64,000 nt of DNA, taken from positions 24,118,001-24,182,000 of the forward strand of contig NC_043021.1 in NCBI RefSeq assembly GCF_006345805.1, read 5' to 3'. The notes beneath the pieces are model-generated. The model did not search any database. It was not told the origin of the DNA and saw only the letters and a program-made list of their open reading frames with translations. Positions 26,440 through 40,055 of this stretch are shown here, one piece after another; position 1 is the stretch's first letter, and every line of letters starts with the position of its first letter. Source of the stretch: Octopus sinensis. Lineage: Eukaryota. The position numbers and the translations under genes are program-made.

Positions 26440-29070
26440 GACCGTCTACCCACGCAGATCATAACATGATAGAACTGTCAATATATGGTCCAAAGTTAAT
26501 TAAAGAATCATTCAACACTGCTGGATCCCAAACGCTAGCCAGCCTGAACATCTACAAGGCTGACTGGAAGTCCATCAACAAAAGGATACTCCAGCAAAAC
26601 TGGCTTAAAAGTCTGTCCAAACAAGACACTGAGATGAAATTCAATGAATTTGCGAGCCATATGCATTAAGTTTGTCCCAGAGAAGAAAGCCACCACACAT
26701 AAGAACATTATTCTCCGAGATAGAAGAATCCTAATGAGACGGAAGATAAAGATCTCGAATCGCTTAAATAAGGAACCTAATGACAGCAAAAAGCCCTACC
26801 TCAAAATGGCGCTCTTAGAGACCGAGAATAAGATCAGACTCCCCCATGAAAAGGAAAGGGTAAACAGAGAAGCTAGGGCTGCGGAAAATATAAAAAGGAA
26901 CCCTAAAGCCTTCTACAAGTTCGCAAAAGAGCCTGCCTCAGTGCGATACAGAATAGGACCACTGTTTGGTGAAAAGGACATCACTGACTGCAAACCCCAA
27001 GAGGATAAATGAAGCACTCAATAAACAATTCCAAAGGGTTTTCACCTCCCCACAAGAAAGCATGAAAATAAGCAGAACTGATGAGTTCTGCAACACCTCT
27101 AACCTACAAGACAAAAAGGCGACCCTCAATTACATTGACATTACAGAACAGGATGTATTGTTGGTCATTGATGAGATAAACCCAAACTCTGCAACAGGCC
27201 CCGATGGACTCCCAGCAATTCTGTTAAAAACATGCAAGGAAACTCTTGCAAAACCACTGCAAATGCTTTTCTAGTGTTCCGTTGTATGCAGTACGTTTCC
27301 TCACACGTTAAAAGAAGGAATAACCTGCCCTGTCCACAAAGGAGGCAGCAGAGCAGATTCTATAAACTACAGGCCTATCTCTCCAACCTCACGTGTCAAC
27401 AAGATCATGGAACGCATTGTCAGAAAAAGACTGACCACTTTCCTGGAGGAAAATGACCTGCTTACAGACATGCAACATGGTTTCCGTCCTGGATGGCGCT
27501 GCCTAACACACCTACTAGAGCACTTCGACTGGGTACCAAAGCAACATCTCAACCATTCAAATGTGGATGTAATATATCTGAACTTTGCCAAGGCGCTTGA
27601 CAAAGTCGATCATGGGATAATATGTCACAAATTGCGTGACTTCGATATCGCTGGTAGACTGGGAGAGTGGCTGCATGATTTCCTGAAGGGCAGAAGTTAG
27701 GCTGTCACAGCAAATGGTGCTCTCTCTCTCTCTCTCTCTCTCTCTGAAGTGACACCAATCCTCAGTGGAGTCCCCCAGGAAACAATGCTGATACCACTAC
27801 TTTTGAGGGTTGCTCTGTTGGACATGTCCTCAGCCATAGAGTCAACCACATTCACCAGCTACGCCTATGATACAAAAGATGAAGGCGGCGAGCTGGCAGA
27901 AACGTTAGCTCGCCGGGCGAAATGCGTAGCCGTATTTCGTCTGTCGTTACGTTCCGAGTTCAAATTCCGCCGAGGTCGACTTTGCCTTTCATCCTTTCGG
28001 GGTCGATAAATTAAGTACCAGTTACGCACTGGGGTCGATGTAATCGACTTGATCCCTTTGTTGGTCCTTGTTTGTCCCCTCTATGTTTAGCCCCTTGTGG
28101 GTAGTAAAGAAATATATGATACAAAAGTATTGCAGGCAGTCAAGGAGACTACTGATAGCCTAAGACTGCAGAATGACCTGAACGTAATATATAAATGGGC
28201 TGATGAGAATAATATGCAGTTCAATGGCGTAAAATGTCAAGCACTCCGCTATCAACCCACAAACTACAGCTGAAGTACTCGGGACCAGCAGGCAATGTCA
28301 TCCCAGAGTTATAGTCGGTGTGTGACCTGGGAATCCACATGAACAACGATGCAAAATAATAGGTGTACATTGCTCAGATGGCAACACTATGCAGGCAGGT
28401 TGCAGGTTGGATCCTTAGATTCTTCAAGACTAGGAACAAAGACAATGCTTCTGCTTCGGATAACCTTTGTCCTCAGTCGACTGGAATACTGTTCCCAACT
28501 GTGGTCCCCACAGAGTGCAAAACTAATTGCGGAACTAGAAACGATCCAACGTCACTACACAAAGAAGATAGACTCAGTAAAACACATGGGCTACTGGGAG
28601 GGGTTGAAGGAACTGGAACTCTACTCCCTGGACAGGATACGTGAGAGATATGCAGTGCTATACATATGGAAAATACTGGAGGGTCAGGTTCCAAATTTCG
28701 GGATCGAAATCTACAACAATGTCCGAACTGGACGGCAGTGCACACTAGCAAAGGTCCTGTCTTCTCTATCAAGGATACGAACCCAATATTGTAATAGCTT
28801 CGGATTCAAGGGACCACAACTTTTTAATGCCCTATCACAGAACATCAGGGATCTGTGAAGAGTAGACATGGAAGTCTTCAAAAAACGTCTAGACCGTTTT
28901 TTTCTCTCTGCAATACCGGATGAACCCACATCGCGACAGGAAGCACAAAGAGTGGCAACGCCCAACTCGTAACTCGTTACTAGAAGCATTACTTGAAAAA
29001 TCCGCGGATGCAGTAAAGGCGGTGCACCAGCATGGTCTCGACCTCTGGCTGAAACCCATAAAACATAAAA
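26440..29070 (+). mobile_element. CR1/L2-type LINE, decayed RT region, interrupted by a SINE
   Basis: NPKAFYKF, ATGPDGLP, QHGFRPG, YLNFAKALDKVDH, SGVPQ, SRLEYCSQLWSP. Confidence 0.92.
27879..28114 (+). mobile_element. SINE family B inserted in the LINE RT
   Basis: 13-bp TSD tatgatacaaaag on both sides. Confidence 0.92.
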
Positions 29071-29402
29071 GGTAAAGTTAACTACCTAATTGAACTGAAT
29101 CTTAATTACTTCTTTACACATACACACACACACGCATACATACATATATACATATATATACATATACATACATATACATGTGTGCATACATATACAAATA
29201 TATACATGTGTGCATACATATACAAACATATACATGTATGCATACATACATAAACATATACATGTATGTATGCATATACAAACATATACATATGTGTATA
29301 CATATGTATACATATACATATGTGTATACATATGCGTACATATACAAACATACACATGTATGTATACATATGCAAACACATACATATATGTATACATATA
29401 CA

Positions 29403-29464
<62 letters not shown>

Positions 29465-29478
29465 GTGTGTGTGTGTGT

Positions 29479-29787
29479 GGAGGCGCAATGGCCCAATGGT
29501 TAGGGCAGCGGACTCGCGGTCGTAGGGTCGCGGTTTCGGTTCCCAGACCGGGCGTTGTGAGTGTTTACTGAGCGAAAACACCTAAAGAACCACGAGGCTC
29601 CGGCAGGAGGGGGGGGGTGATCCCTGCTGTACTCTTTCGCCACAACTTTCTCTCACTCTTTCTTCTGTTGGCCTGCTCGCTTAGCCAGCGGGTGGCGTTA
29701 TTTGAAGGCTAAAACAATGCGAAGCGCATTGTGACCAGCGAAGTGTAGCAACATCTGATAGCCTGGTCGGTCACGGTGATCACGGTG

Positions 29788-29790
<3 letters not shown>
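29479..29790 (+). mobile_element. tRNA-derived SINE, family C head with alternative 3' tail
   Basis: Head matches 43740 and 50029 up to ~29665, then unrelated tail ending in cacggtgat repeats. Confidence 0.85.
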
Positions 29791-29824
<34 letters not shown>

Positions 29825-30625
29825 ATATAATATATATATATATATACATATATGCATATACATACATATATATGCATATGCGTACACATATACATACATA
29901 TGTAGAGAGAGTAGCAACTACACTTATGCTGAGTGGACGTTATAACGATCCCACCTTTTGAAGATAATAAAACTGTACGACTGGGGGTCGTACAGTGTCG
30001 GATAGAAACATTCTATCGACGACTTAGAATATAACAATATCGGCCAGAGAGAAAACCGTCGTACTAAGACAGATATAGCACATACCTAAGCCTGAACTTT
30101 GCATATCCCTTGTCCAGTAAGGTCAAAAATCAACCTTTAGCTATTTTTTGCACAGAATCCAAGACGCACGTTGGGATGTGAAAATATCAGTCAGTTTGCT
30201 CCGAGGACATTTGTTTTTTCTTTTTTCAACTTCATAATGCACTTTAAATGTGTAAATATGGATAGGAGTAATCTGCTGAAACGCAGTGTAGGCAATATGA
30301 ATGAACTCATAAACTGGACAATGATGAAAATAAATGAACTGGTTATTCTGTTTATGTATTCTCCGTTTTCTTTGTATTATATATGAGTGTGTTTTGGGTT
30401 TGCTTTCCCGCTGCTTGTCAACCGTTTTTGGTTTGCTAACATCCCCGTAACTCGGGACAAAGAAGTCAATAAAATAAGAACGAGCACCTAAAATAATATG
30501 TACTGGGCTCGATTCGTTCGTCTAAAACTCTTTGAGATGGTGCCCCAGTATGACCGCATTCCAATGACTGACAAGTAAAAGATAAAACATACATCCATAA
30601 GCATATAAACACACACACACACACA

Positions 30626-31022
30626 CTCTTTTACTTGTTTCAGTCATTTGACTGCGGCCATGCTGGAGCACCGCCTTTAGTCGAGTACATCGACCCCAGA
30701 ACTTATTCTTTGTAAGCCTAGTACTTATTCTATCGGTCTCTTTTGCCGAACCGCTAAGTTACGGGAACATAAACACACCAGCATCGGTTGTCAAGCAATG
30801 CTAGGGGGACAAACACAGATACACAAACACACATACGCATATATGTATATACATATATACGACGGGCTTCTTTCAGTTTCCGTCTACCAAATCCACTCAC
30901 AAGGCATTGGTCGGCCCGAGGCTATAGTAGAAGACACTTGCCCAAGGTGCCACGCAGTGGGACTGAACCCGGAACCATGTGGTTGGTTAGAAAGCTACTT
31001 ACCACACAGCCACTCTTGCGCC
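30626..31022 (-). mobile_element. SINE family A (a diverged + strand 3' half lies at ~30390-30590)
   Basis: Full family match. Confidence 0.93.
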
Positions 31023-31739
31023 TATATTTATTCATGAAAATTTTGTTCATGAAAAATTATCTTTTAAAAACTAGAAAATATAAAAAAAACAATTACTCCT
31101 AAAATTAAGAAACACCAAAGGAAACTATAGTGAATATGTAGGTGAGAATTTCCAATCACTGACATCACTATGTAGAACTACTCAGACTCTCCTCCTTCCT
31201 TTTCTTTCTCCTCCTCCAACACCGTCACTGTTAGTACAACTACTGCTACTGCAACCACCACCACCACCACCACCACCACTACTACTCCGTCATCATCATC
31301 ACCATCTTAGCAATTATTATCGCAATCGTCGTCATCATCATCATCATCATCATCGCAATTCTCGTCGTCGTCGTCATCTTCGTCCTCGACCGCAGCAGCA
31401 TTAAAATCCACATTAAAAATGCAAATCCCAAACCGAAGAAAACACAAAAACGCGAGCATAGAAGAAAAAAAAAAAAAAAGAAAAAGAAGAAAAAGGAAAC
31501 ACCAAGTACTTCAAATGGTCACACACACAAGGTTTCGTTTGTTTATTTATCTATATGGCAAAAAAGTGGATGGGCAAAAAAACTAGAATAAATTTAATTC
31601 ATTGTTTTAGGAATTTACAGCGAATTCATTTGCCTCTGTTTTGCCGGAAGATAATTTTCGTTATTTATCTGTCAGACTGTCTGTCTGTTTCAACTCGTTA
31701 GTCATTCTTCTAAACTAAAGGAATTGATTAACAACTTAC

Positions 31740-33000
31740 CAATAGTTCTATATTTACACACTGCCTTCAGCTTGGAGATGGTAATTTAGTTGAGGAGCAA
31801 GGCATTCGTTTGTCATAATTATCGCTGATTTGTTGTCGTTGCAGCATTGAAATCTTTGAGTTGATGTTTCTTTCTTGTTTCCTTCGAGCCGAGGCGGTTT
31901 TGCCTATAAGGATACACTGCAAAGCAGCATGTTGCAGCACTTCTTGCTTAATTACATTAATGAACTTCCAAACAGTGGGTGAGGACCATCAAATAATGTC
32001 TGCCTTCCCCTGTGCTATCCTTCTAGTCGACTTGCTGTTCTTGGGATCTCTTCTAGTGTTCGTTCTCTGAGATTCCATAAGTTAGTGGCGAAAAGTGGAC
32101 ATCTTCGAGGCTGACGCCGCGTCAATCTTCCGATATAGGTGTCTTCAAAGTATGACACTAAGGAATGGAAATGCACAGTAGCAATATTTACTTGAGATAT
32201 ATCTTCATCTGTGTTTTCAAACACATTTACAACATCCGCTTCCGGTAGAAACGTCATAGCACACAAACTTTTGCAAAAGAACCTCACCCGCTCATTTTCG
32301 ATGTAGGCGTCTCGTAGTCCAACTGCCTGAATTTCCCGCTATATAGCTTGCGAAAAGTGAAAAAAAAACAACAACTCTGTAATTGGCAGTTGGGGAAGGC
32401 CTGCCTGAGAGCTTCCCGTGCTGCTATTTCAAAGTCTGTCAGTATATACTGAGGTGAAAAGTTAGGACAATGTATAACTCTCCACAAGCGGCCATAAATG
32501 GCTTGAGTTTTGGACGGAAGAAGAACATAAAGATTAACGTTAAGCCGTGTTTTATGAAGTGCACTGTATATATCTGGTAAAACTAGCTCGGCGCTATTGT
32601 ACCGTCGCACATAATGGTTGTGGAATGTTCTAACTGTCTAAGCATGCTGCCAGTGACAAAAATAAAAATTCGGTCTGGTACATCAGGCGTATCTTCGTAC
32701 AAGAATCAGGACCTCATCAGTTCCGTGAGTTGTAGTTTGGTACAGTGCTGGAATCATCACGTCGACAGATGTTGCCCGTTCTGATGGAAACTCTTCTTTA
32801 ACTTGCCTCCGTTTCCTCTGGATTCTTGCCAACGCTTTTCATATCAGAACTCGAAACAATTCTTTGTTATGCCTAACAATTAATCGGTGAGAGGTAGTTG
32901 CGTGGCAACGGCTCCGGCTGCCATATTGTCCAAGGCTTTCTCAAATCTTTGTTTGGCAAGGTCTCATGCTTGGTTATGAGGATGACATTCTTTAATTTTA
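31740..33000 (-). pseudogene. Mutator-like (MULE) DDE transposase, decayed
   Basis: YVLLPSKT..Y, LTDFEIAAREAL..FP, C.FH, YFEDTYIG, PLF..LWN, PRT...LEG. Confidence 0.85.
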
Positions 33001-33211
33001 TATCTGCTAAAACTGGCCAAGCTTCAAGGATTCTACACTTTATGTAACAAAAATCTTTTCGATTTGTTTAGTTCCTTTGCTTTAACAGAACTTTTCCCAT
33101 AGCTCTATAGCACAGATGTTATTGGATTAAGTTTGTTTTGTGGAAAGTGCTTCTTAGTGTACGCCCATGTTGTTATTTAACTCGGAGCTCTTTCTGTTGT
33201 TATTTCTGTTC

Positions 33212-33270
<59 letters not shown>

Positions 33271-33851
33271 GAGAACTCACAGCTTATTTTGCTGGGTATG
33301 AGAGAAAGTGTCAGCTGTCCACAGCCAGTAGGCTAAGGAGACACTTGTTTACTGATCATGCTTCAAAAACTCTGCGAAGAATTCTTGCAGTTCCAAGCAA
33401 TGCTGGTTTTTGTAGGTATTCTTCTACCTTCCCACTTGACCAATCATTTTAACCATGTCCGTAGCTGAGTGCTGATACTGTCAACTGCCCCAATTACTAC
33501 TGCTATCCACGTCGACTCTCCTCATTGACTGCAGCCTTCGTATTTCCTACTACAATTCGTCATAGTTATTTCTTTCTTTCTTATTTCACATTGATCCTGT
33601 TGTCACCGGAGCTTGCTATATCGATCGTGCATGTTGCTTCCTTTTCATTCACCAGAACAATGTCCGGTTTTCGATGTCTCTCTGGATCACTGTATCCCAC
33701 AGGATTTCGCAACTATCATTCTCTTTGTTCTATGTAGGCCGTTCTTTCCACAAAAATCCAAATGGATCATTCTTGTCACATTGTCATGGCGTCTTTTATA
33801 TTCGCCAATGTGCCAATGTCGTGCTCTCGCTAACGATGTTCCATACTACAT

Positions 33852-34278
33852 TACTCTTTACTCTTTTACTCTTTTACTTGTTTCAGTCATTTGACTGCGG
33901 CCATGCTGGAGCACCGCCTTTAGTCGAGCAACTCGACCCCGGGACTTATTCTTTGTAAGCCCAGTACTTATTCTATCGGTCTCTTTTGCCGAACCGCTAA
34001 GTGACGGGGACGTAAACACACCAGCATCGGTTGTCAAGCAATGCTAGGGGGACAAACACAGACACACAAACACACACACACATACATATATATATATAAA
34101 TATATACATATATACGACAGGCTTCTTTCAGTTTCCGTCTACCAAATCCACTCACAAGGCATTGGTCGGCCCGGGGCTATAGCAGAAGACACTTGCCCAA
34201 GATGCCACGCAGTGGGATTGAACCCGGAACCATGTGGTTGGTTAGCAAGCTACTTACCACACAGCCACTCCTGCGCCT
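33852..34278 (-). mobile_element. SINE family A
   Basis: Full family match. Confidence 0.94.
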
Positions 34279-34289
34279 ATTTTTTTTTT

Positions 34290-34520
34290 ACATTTGACGG
34301 ATATTTGTCCTCATATTCTTTGTTGTTAACACAACATTTCAGCTGATATACCCACCAGCATTCATCAGGTGTCTTGGGGAAATTTCGAACCTGGGTTCCC
34401 ATTCCTAAGGCATTTTTCGATGTTGTTGTTTTTATTCAGGTCAGTGCCTGGAATCGAACTCGGAATTATGGGGTTAGTAGCTCGCGCTCTTAACCACTAG
34501 GCCAAATGCTCCACGGGCAT
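34290..34520 (-). mobile_element. tRNA-headed SINE-like element carrying a hammerhead (34328-34373)
   Basis: A-box TGGCCTAGTGG (34504-34494), B-box GTTCGATTCC (34459-34450), then gacac CTGATGA at gctg..cagc t GAAA tg TT gtgtt. Confidence 0.75.
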
Positions 34521-35509
34521 TTTCCTAAGTATAAAGGTCAAGGATATCATGTAGAGAACAGAAAGCAACGGAGATAGGCTATCACCCTGGAAAATCCCCC
34601 TTCTGATACCCAGGGTGTCCAAGCCTTTTCCGTAAGATGTCAGCCTTTTTGTTCCGTCGGTAATATATCATTCTCATAAAAAAATTTGTAAAGTTCTTCT
34701 GCAATTCCTCCTGATAGTAACTTTCACATTAACTGGAGGCAACAAATTGGTCTGTAATTGTCAGCAGTATTTCCCTTTGATGCATCCTTCAGACACAACC
34801 CCGTTCGTCTTTTTGTCAACCAGCCCGGGATTTCTTCTTCTCCATTAACCAATGTATTAAATTATTCTGCGATCAATTTATCCAAGATCCCTGAACACCA
34901 CCAGGTCCTGCTACTTTCTAATTGCTTATCTTTTTACTCATATTTCTGATACTGTCTTCTGTGAAGTGGATAACCTTTTGCGTAGGATAAGAAGCTGTTT
35001 TCTTTAGGCTGCAGAGCCATTCACCTGTAGTATTATGTTGTTCTTGCTTACTCCATATCTTTCCCCAGAAAAGTCGACTTTCATAAGCATCAGGGACTAA
35101 TCTTTCATGTTGTTTTATCATCAATAATCTCTTGGTAAAATCACTCTTTCTTTCCACGGATAACCCGAGTCAGTGTTTTGTTTGCTCCTTCTTTTGGGAA
35201 CTTCAGTTGTTAAAACGATACATTGTTATCTTTTGTGTACACGTCACAAAATGTTTTTGATCCCTATTGATCGGTTTTGAAAAGGAAAATTCTACATTGT
35301 ACTGTCCCCGCTTTGTTCGGTTCTTCGTGGCTTAATAAATATGCCTGTCTGTCAAATAATTCTACACACAGTCGCAATATTTGAAGAATTCGTTTTCTCT
35401 TGAAGTGGCAAAATAGAGAAATTTCTCTCAAAAAGTTTATGATGTTATGTGTACCGTTGGCGATTTTTTTTCCACCGTCTTCCCTTCTTTTGATATTTCC
35501 TTTTCCTAT

Positions 35510-35544
35510 GTTTCTGAGGAAGAGCTCCGCTCGAAACGTTAAAC
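35510..35544 (+). ncRNA. Minimal type-I hammerhead in a pLTR-like remnant (~35200-35637)
   Basis: gttt CTGAGGA a gagc-tcc-gctc GAAA cg TT aaac; palindromic stem III ACGT. Confidence 0.8.
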
Positions 35545-35648
35545 CCTCCTTCTTTCCTGAGCGTTCAATAATACTATATTTGTTCCACGTCCTCGCGTTG
35601 TTGTGTTTTCTCTTTGTGTTTTCATGTTTGAATTAACTATATATATAC

Positions 35649-35685
<37 letters not shown>

Positions 35686-36082
35686 ACACACACACACACA
35701 CACATATATGTATATATATATATATTATTGTACTATTGAGAAATGTAAACTTACTCTAGCCGGATTACAAGTTCAGGTTTATATCTGTAATTATTGGGGT
35801 AATGTAGCACACAGCCTAAGTAGCGATCTTGAGAAGTTAGCTTTCTCCAAACCAAGTAGGAAAAGCTGATTCGAAAACTACAGATTGAAACCTTCACTGA
35901 AACTGTAAAAACCTGTAAAACTTTCCAGAAGTTTCTCATTTCAGTATATATGAGCATGTTTAGACATGCAGCTCTATGCATGAGAATACATGCATAAAAT
36001 AAAACATACAAATCTGCACATGCACTGACTACAAATACTGCACACATGCATATATATATATATATATTATATATATATGTAG

Positions 36083-36265
36083 TTCTGAATTCAGCCTCAC
36101 TGCGTGGCACCTTGAGCAATTAACTTCTACTATACCCTCGGGCGGACCAAAGCGTTGTGAGTGGATTTGGTAGACGGAAACTGAAAGAAGCCCGTCGTTA
36201 TATATATATATATAATATATATATATATTATATAGATATATATATATATGTATGTATATATATAC

Positions 36266-36308
<43 letters not shown>

Positions 36309-36612
36309 ATATATATATATATATATAATATATAATATATATATATATAATATATATATATATGTATGTATGTGTGTGTATGTGTGTGTGTGTGTATGTG
36401 TGTGTGTGAATATATATGTGTGTCTGTGTTTGTCCCCCACCATCGCTTGTCAACCGATGTTTACGCTCCCGTAACTTAGCGGCTCGGCAAAATAGACCAT
36501 TAGATTAAGTACCAGGCTTACAAATAATAAGTCCTGGGGTCGATTTGTTCGACTTAAGGTGATGCTCCGGCATGGCCGCTGTCAAATGAACGAAAGAAGT
36601 GAAAGAATAAAG
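36083..36612 (+). mobile_element. SINE family A, diverged, expanded internal (TA)n
   Basis: ccttgagcaa..gtgagtggatttggtagacggaaactgaaagaag and family tail. Confidence 0.85.
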
Positions 36613-36614
36613 GA

Positions 36615-37110
36615 ATACATATATATGTATATATACACACACACATATATACACATATATATGATTATACATACTTACATACATATATATATATATACAT
36701 ATATGTGTATATATACTTATATGTGTCTACAGACACACATATATATATACATACATATGTGTATATATATATGTATGTATATATATATATATGTATGTAT
36801 ATATATATATATATGTATGTATATATACACATATGTATGTATATATATATATATGTATATATACATATATATCTGTATATATACATATATGTGTATATAT
36901 ACTTATATGTATCTACAGACACACATATATATATACATACATATGTGTATATATATATGTATATATACATATATATCTGTATATATACATATATGTGTAT
37001 ATATACTTATATGTATCTACAGACACACATATATATATACATACATATGTGTATATATATATGTATATATACATATATATCCGTATATATACATATATGT
37101 ATGTGTGTTT
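36615..37110. repeat. TA-rich minisatellite with recurring tacttatatgt.tctacagacacac unit
   Basis: Unit seen near 36714, 36900, 37004. Confidence 0.8.
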
Positions 37111-37430
37111 ATACACACACGTTACACACATATTAACACATATCAACCTACGTTTGTCTGTGTGTATGTGTGTGTATGTAGCAACATAGACCTACAGTTA
37201 GGTCTAGGCAGGCGCGTTTATCTGGTTTCCACAGTGTATAAGTGGCTGATATTAGAACCCTCCCCACCGAAAGGGACGCCGGTCCATCTGGAACTCCACT
37301 ACCGCTCAGTGGACTGGAGTAACGTGAAATTAAGTCTTTTACTCAAGGAAAGAACGCATTTTCCGGGAATCGAAACACGATCTTATGATCATGAGCGTAA
37401 CACTCTAACCAATTGTCCTCGCGTTTTCAC

Positions 37431-37829
37431 GTGGCTGTGTGGTAAGTAGCTTGCTTACCAACCACATGGTTCCGGGTTCAGTCCCACCGCGTGGCACTTT
37501 GGGCAAGTGTCTTCTACTATAGCCTCGGGCCGACCAAAGCCTTGTGAGTGGATTTGGTAGACCGAAACTGAAAGAAGCTTGTCGTATATATATATATATG
37601 TGTGTGTCTGTGTTTGTGTGTCTGTGTTTGTCCCCCCCCAACATCACTTGACAACCGATGCTGGTGTGTTTACGTCCCCGTAACTTAGCGGTTCCGCAAA
37701 AGAGACCGATAGAATAAGTACTAGGCTTACAAAGAATAACTCCTGGGGTCGATTTGCTCGACTAAAGGCTGTGCTCCAGCATGGCCGCAGTCAAATGACT
37801 GAAACAAGTAAAGAAAAGAGTAAAGAGTA
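37431..37829 (+). mobile_element. SINE family A
   Basis: Full family match. Confidence 0.93.
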
Positions 37830-38053
37830 ATCGGCTAACCTCCTCTTCTCAAAATTGCTGGCCTTGTACCAAAACTTGAAACCATTAGTGCTAAAATACG
37901 GCGAGCTAACAAAATCGTTAGCGCGTCGCGGAAAAGGCTTAGGGACATTTCCTTTGACTTTTTGTGTTCTGAGCTCAAATACCACCGAGATCAAGTTATC
38001 TTTAATCGTTTCGCGGAAGATAAAATAAATAGCAATCAAATAATAGGTTCAAT

Positions 38054-38369
38054 TACGGAGATATACTTGAATAGCGAGTGACTTGATCTGAGATCGTGTG
38101 CTGGAACGAAAAAAATTGCAGCGTGGAAGGTGTTTATAAGCCATTTAAGAAACACACAAAACCGTTAGATTTACTTCAACATTTAAATTTAAATTGTCAA
38201 AATATTTTCGTCGCTTTCAGACCGCAACCTGTTCACTGACAAAGCTTCGTATTAACAGGTCGTGGTCTCAAAGCGACGAAAATATTTTGACAAATTAAAT
38301 TTAAATGTTGAAGTGAATCTAACGGTTTTGTGTGTTTCTTAAAAGGCTTATAAACACCTTTGATGCTGC
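38054..38369. mobile_element. Fold-back element with G3-C8 hammerhead-like motif, inserted in a diverged SINE B
   Basis: Palindrome 38115-38372; 12-bp TSD aataggttcaat (38042-38053 / 38370-38381); motif at 38194-38242 (-). Confidence 0.8.
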
Positions 38370-39191
38370 AATAGGTTCAATATAATCGACTAAGTTGCTC
38401 TCCCTAAAAGAAGCCGGCCTTCTGTAAAAAATTGAAACCATTATTAAGCTGATGTTTTTCGAACAAATCATCGTGATATCTTAATGAAAACGTTTTAAAT
38501 TTAGATCGGTCTGATAGACGTTTGAACCACAGAACTAAGGGCCGGTGTCTGGTGGGTTGGTGTAAAATCCGTTAAATAAACCACTTACTAATAAACTGTT
38601 GTGATGACCAAGATGAAGATGTTTGAACGGCTCCATTTCGTCTAAGTAACAAGTAAACTTCATAAATTAATGAAGAGTACAGTGAAAAGTTCATCAAAAA
38701 CTGTTGATGTTTATTGATAATCTCAAATACACACATATATATCTTCATACATGCATACATACATACACACCGATACGTACATATAAAAACATGCAATGAA
38801 GAATCACATACATACATGCATATCCTACTTTTATACATTGTCTATCTATCTCTCTATCTCTCTATCTGTCTGTCTGTCTATCTATTTCCAAATATATAAC
38901 ATGTGGCGGCTATTTGTATATGAAAACAACTCCACCACCTTTATCTAATCTTCTTCCTCTTTCTCCCTCTAAAACCGCTGCTGCTACTACAACTACTATT
39001 GCTGATGGTGATGCTGATGTTAATGGTAATAAATCTAGTTCCACTTGGATTCTCTCCATCTCTTTTATCACTGATAGTGTTTGATTATTGGCAAATAACC
39101 AAGTTTGTTGAGTTGATTAATTGGAACAAAGAATATTCAAGCAAAATATATATGTGTCCGTCTAACAATATCTATCTATCTATCTATCTGT

Positions 39192-39511
39192 GAGGGCGCG
39201 TGGCTTAGTGGTTAGGGCATTCGGCTCATGATCGTAAGGTTGTGAGTTCGATTCCCGGCGACGCGTTGTGTCCTTGAGCAAGACACTTTATTTCACGTTG
39301 CTCCAGTCCACTCAGCTGGCAAAAATGAGTTGTACTTGTATTTCAAAGGGTCAGCCTTGTCACTCTCTGTGTCACGCTGATTATCCCCGAGAACTACGTT
39401 AAGGGTACACGTGTCTGTGGAATGCTCAGCCATTTGCACGTTAATTTCACGAGCAGCTGTTCCGTTGATCGTATCAGCTGGGACCCTCGTCGTCGTAACC
39501 GGCGGAGTCTT
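39192..39511 (+). mobile_element. tRNA-derived SINE, head D with family C tail
   Basis: TGGCTTAGTGG and GTTCGATTCC boxes; 3' half matches ~43940-44115; sits in (CTAT)n. Confidence 0.85.
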
Positions 39512-39519
39512 TTTTTAAG

Positions 39520-39780
<261 letters not shown>

Positions 39781-40007
39781 TTATGTAGATATATAATAGA
39801 AAGATGCACACGCACACATATATATGTATATAATGTGTATTTGAACATATATGGTCATATATGGTCATGTATATACATATCGGTTCGATAATGATACGAG
39901 TGAGGAGTTTAATGTGGGTCTTGTATGAGCATGTATACGTTAGATAAAATGAGACAACGAAAGCAAGGCTATGTTGAATTTTCAGGTCATTTATAAAGAG
40001 AAAATTA

Positions 40008-40055
40008 GTCTTACAGCTGTTTCTGGGATATTATTGATATCCCTTTATCAGAGAC
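40008..40055 (-). ncRNA. Minimal hammerhead (G8>A) in a pLTR-like remnant
   Basis: Minus: gtct CTGATAA a gggata-tcaataa-tatccc a GAAA cagctg TA agac. Confidence 0.72.

Larger units (their letters stand above)
33210..35160 (-). mobile_element. Dong/R4-type LINE remnant with (TAA)n tail, split by two SINEs
   Basis: C-terminal LQKPALLGTARILRRV near 33400; RT GIFQGDSLSPLL near 34590; (ATT)n at 33210-33268. Confidence 0.82.
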
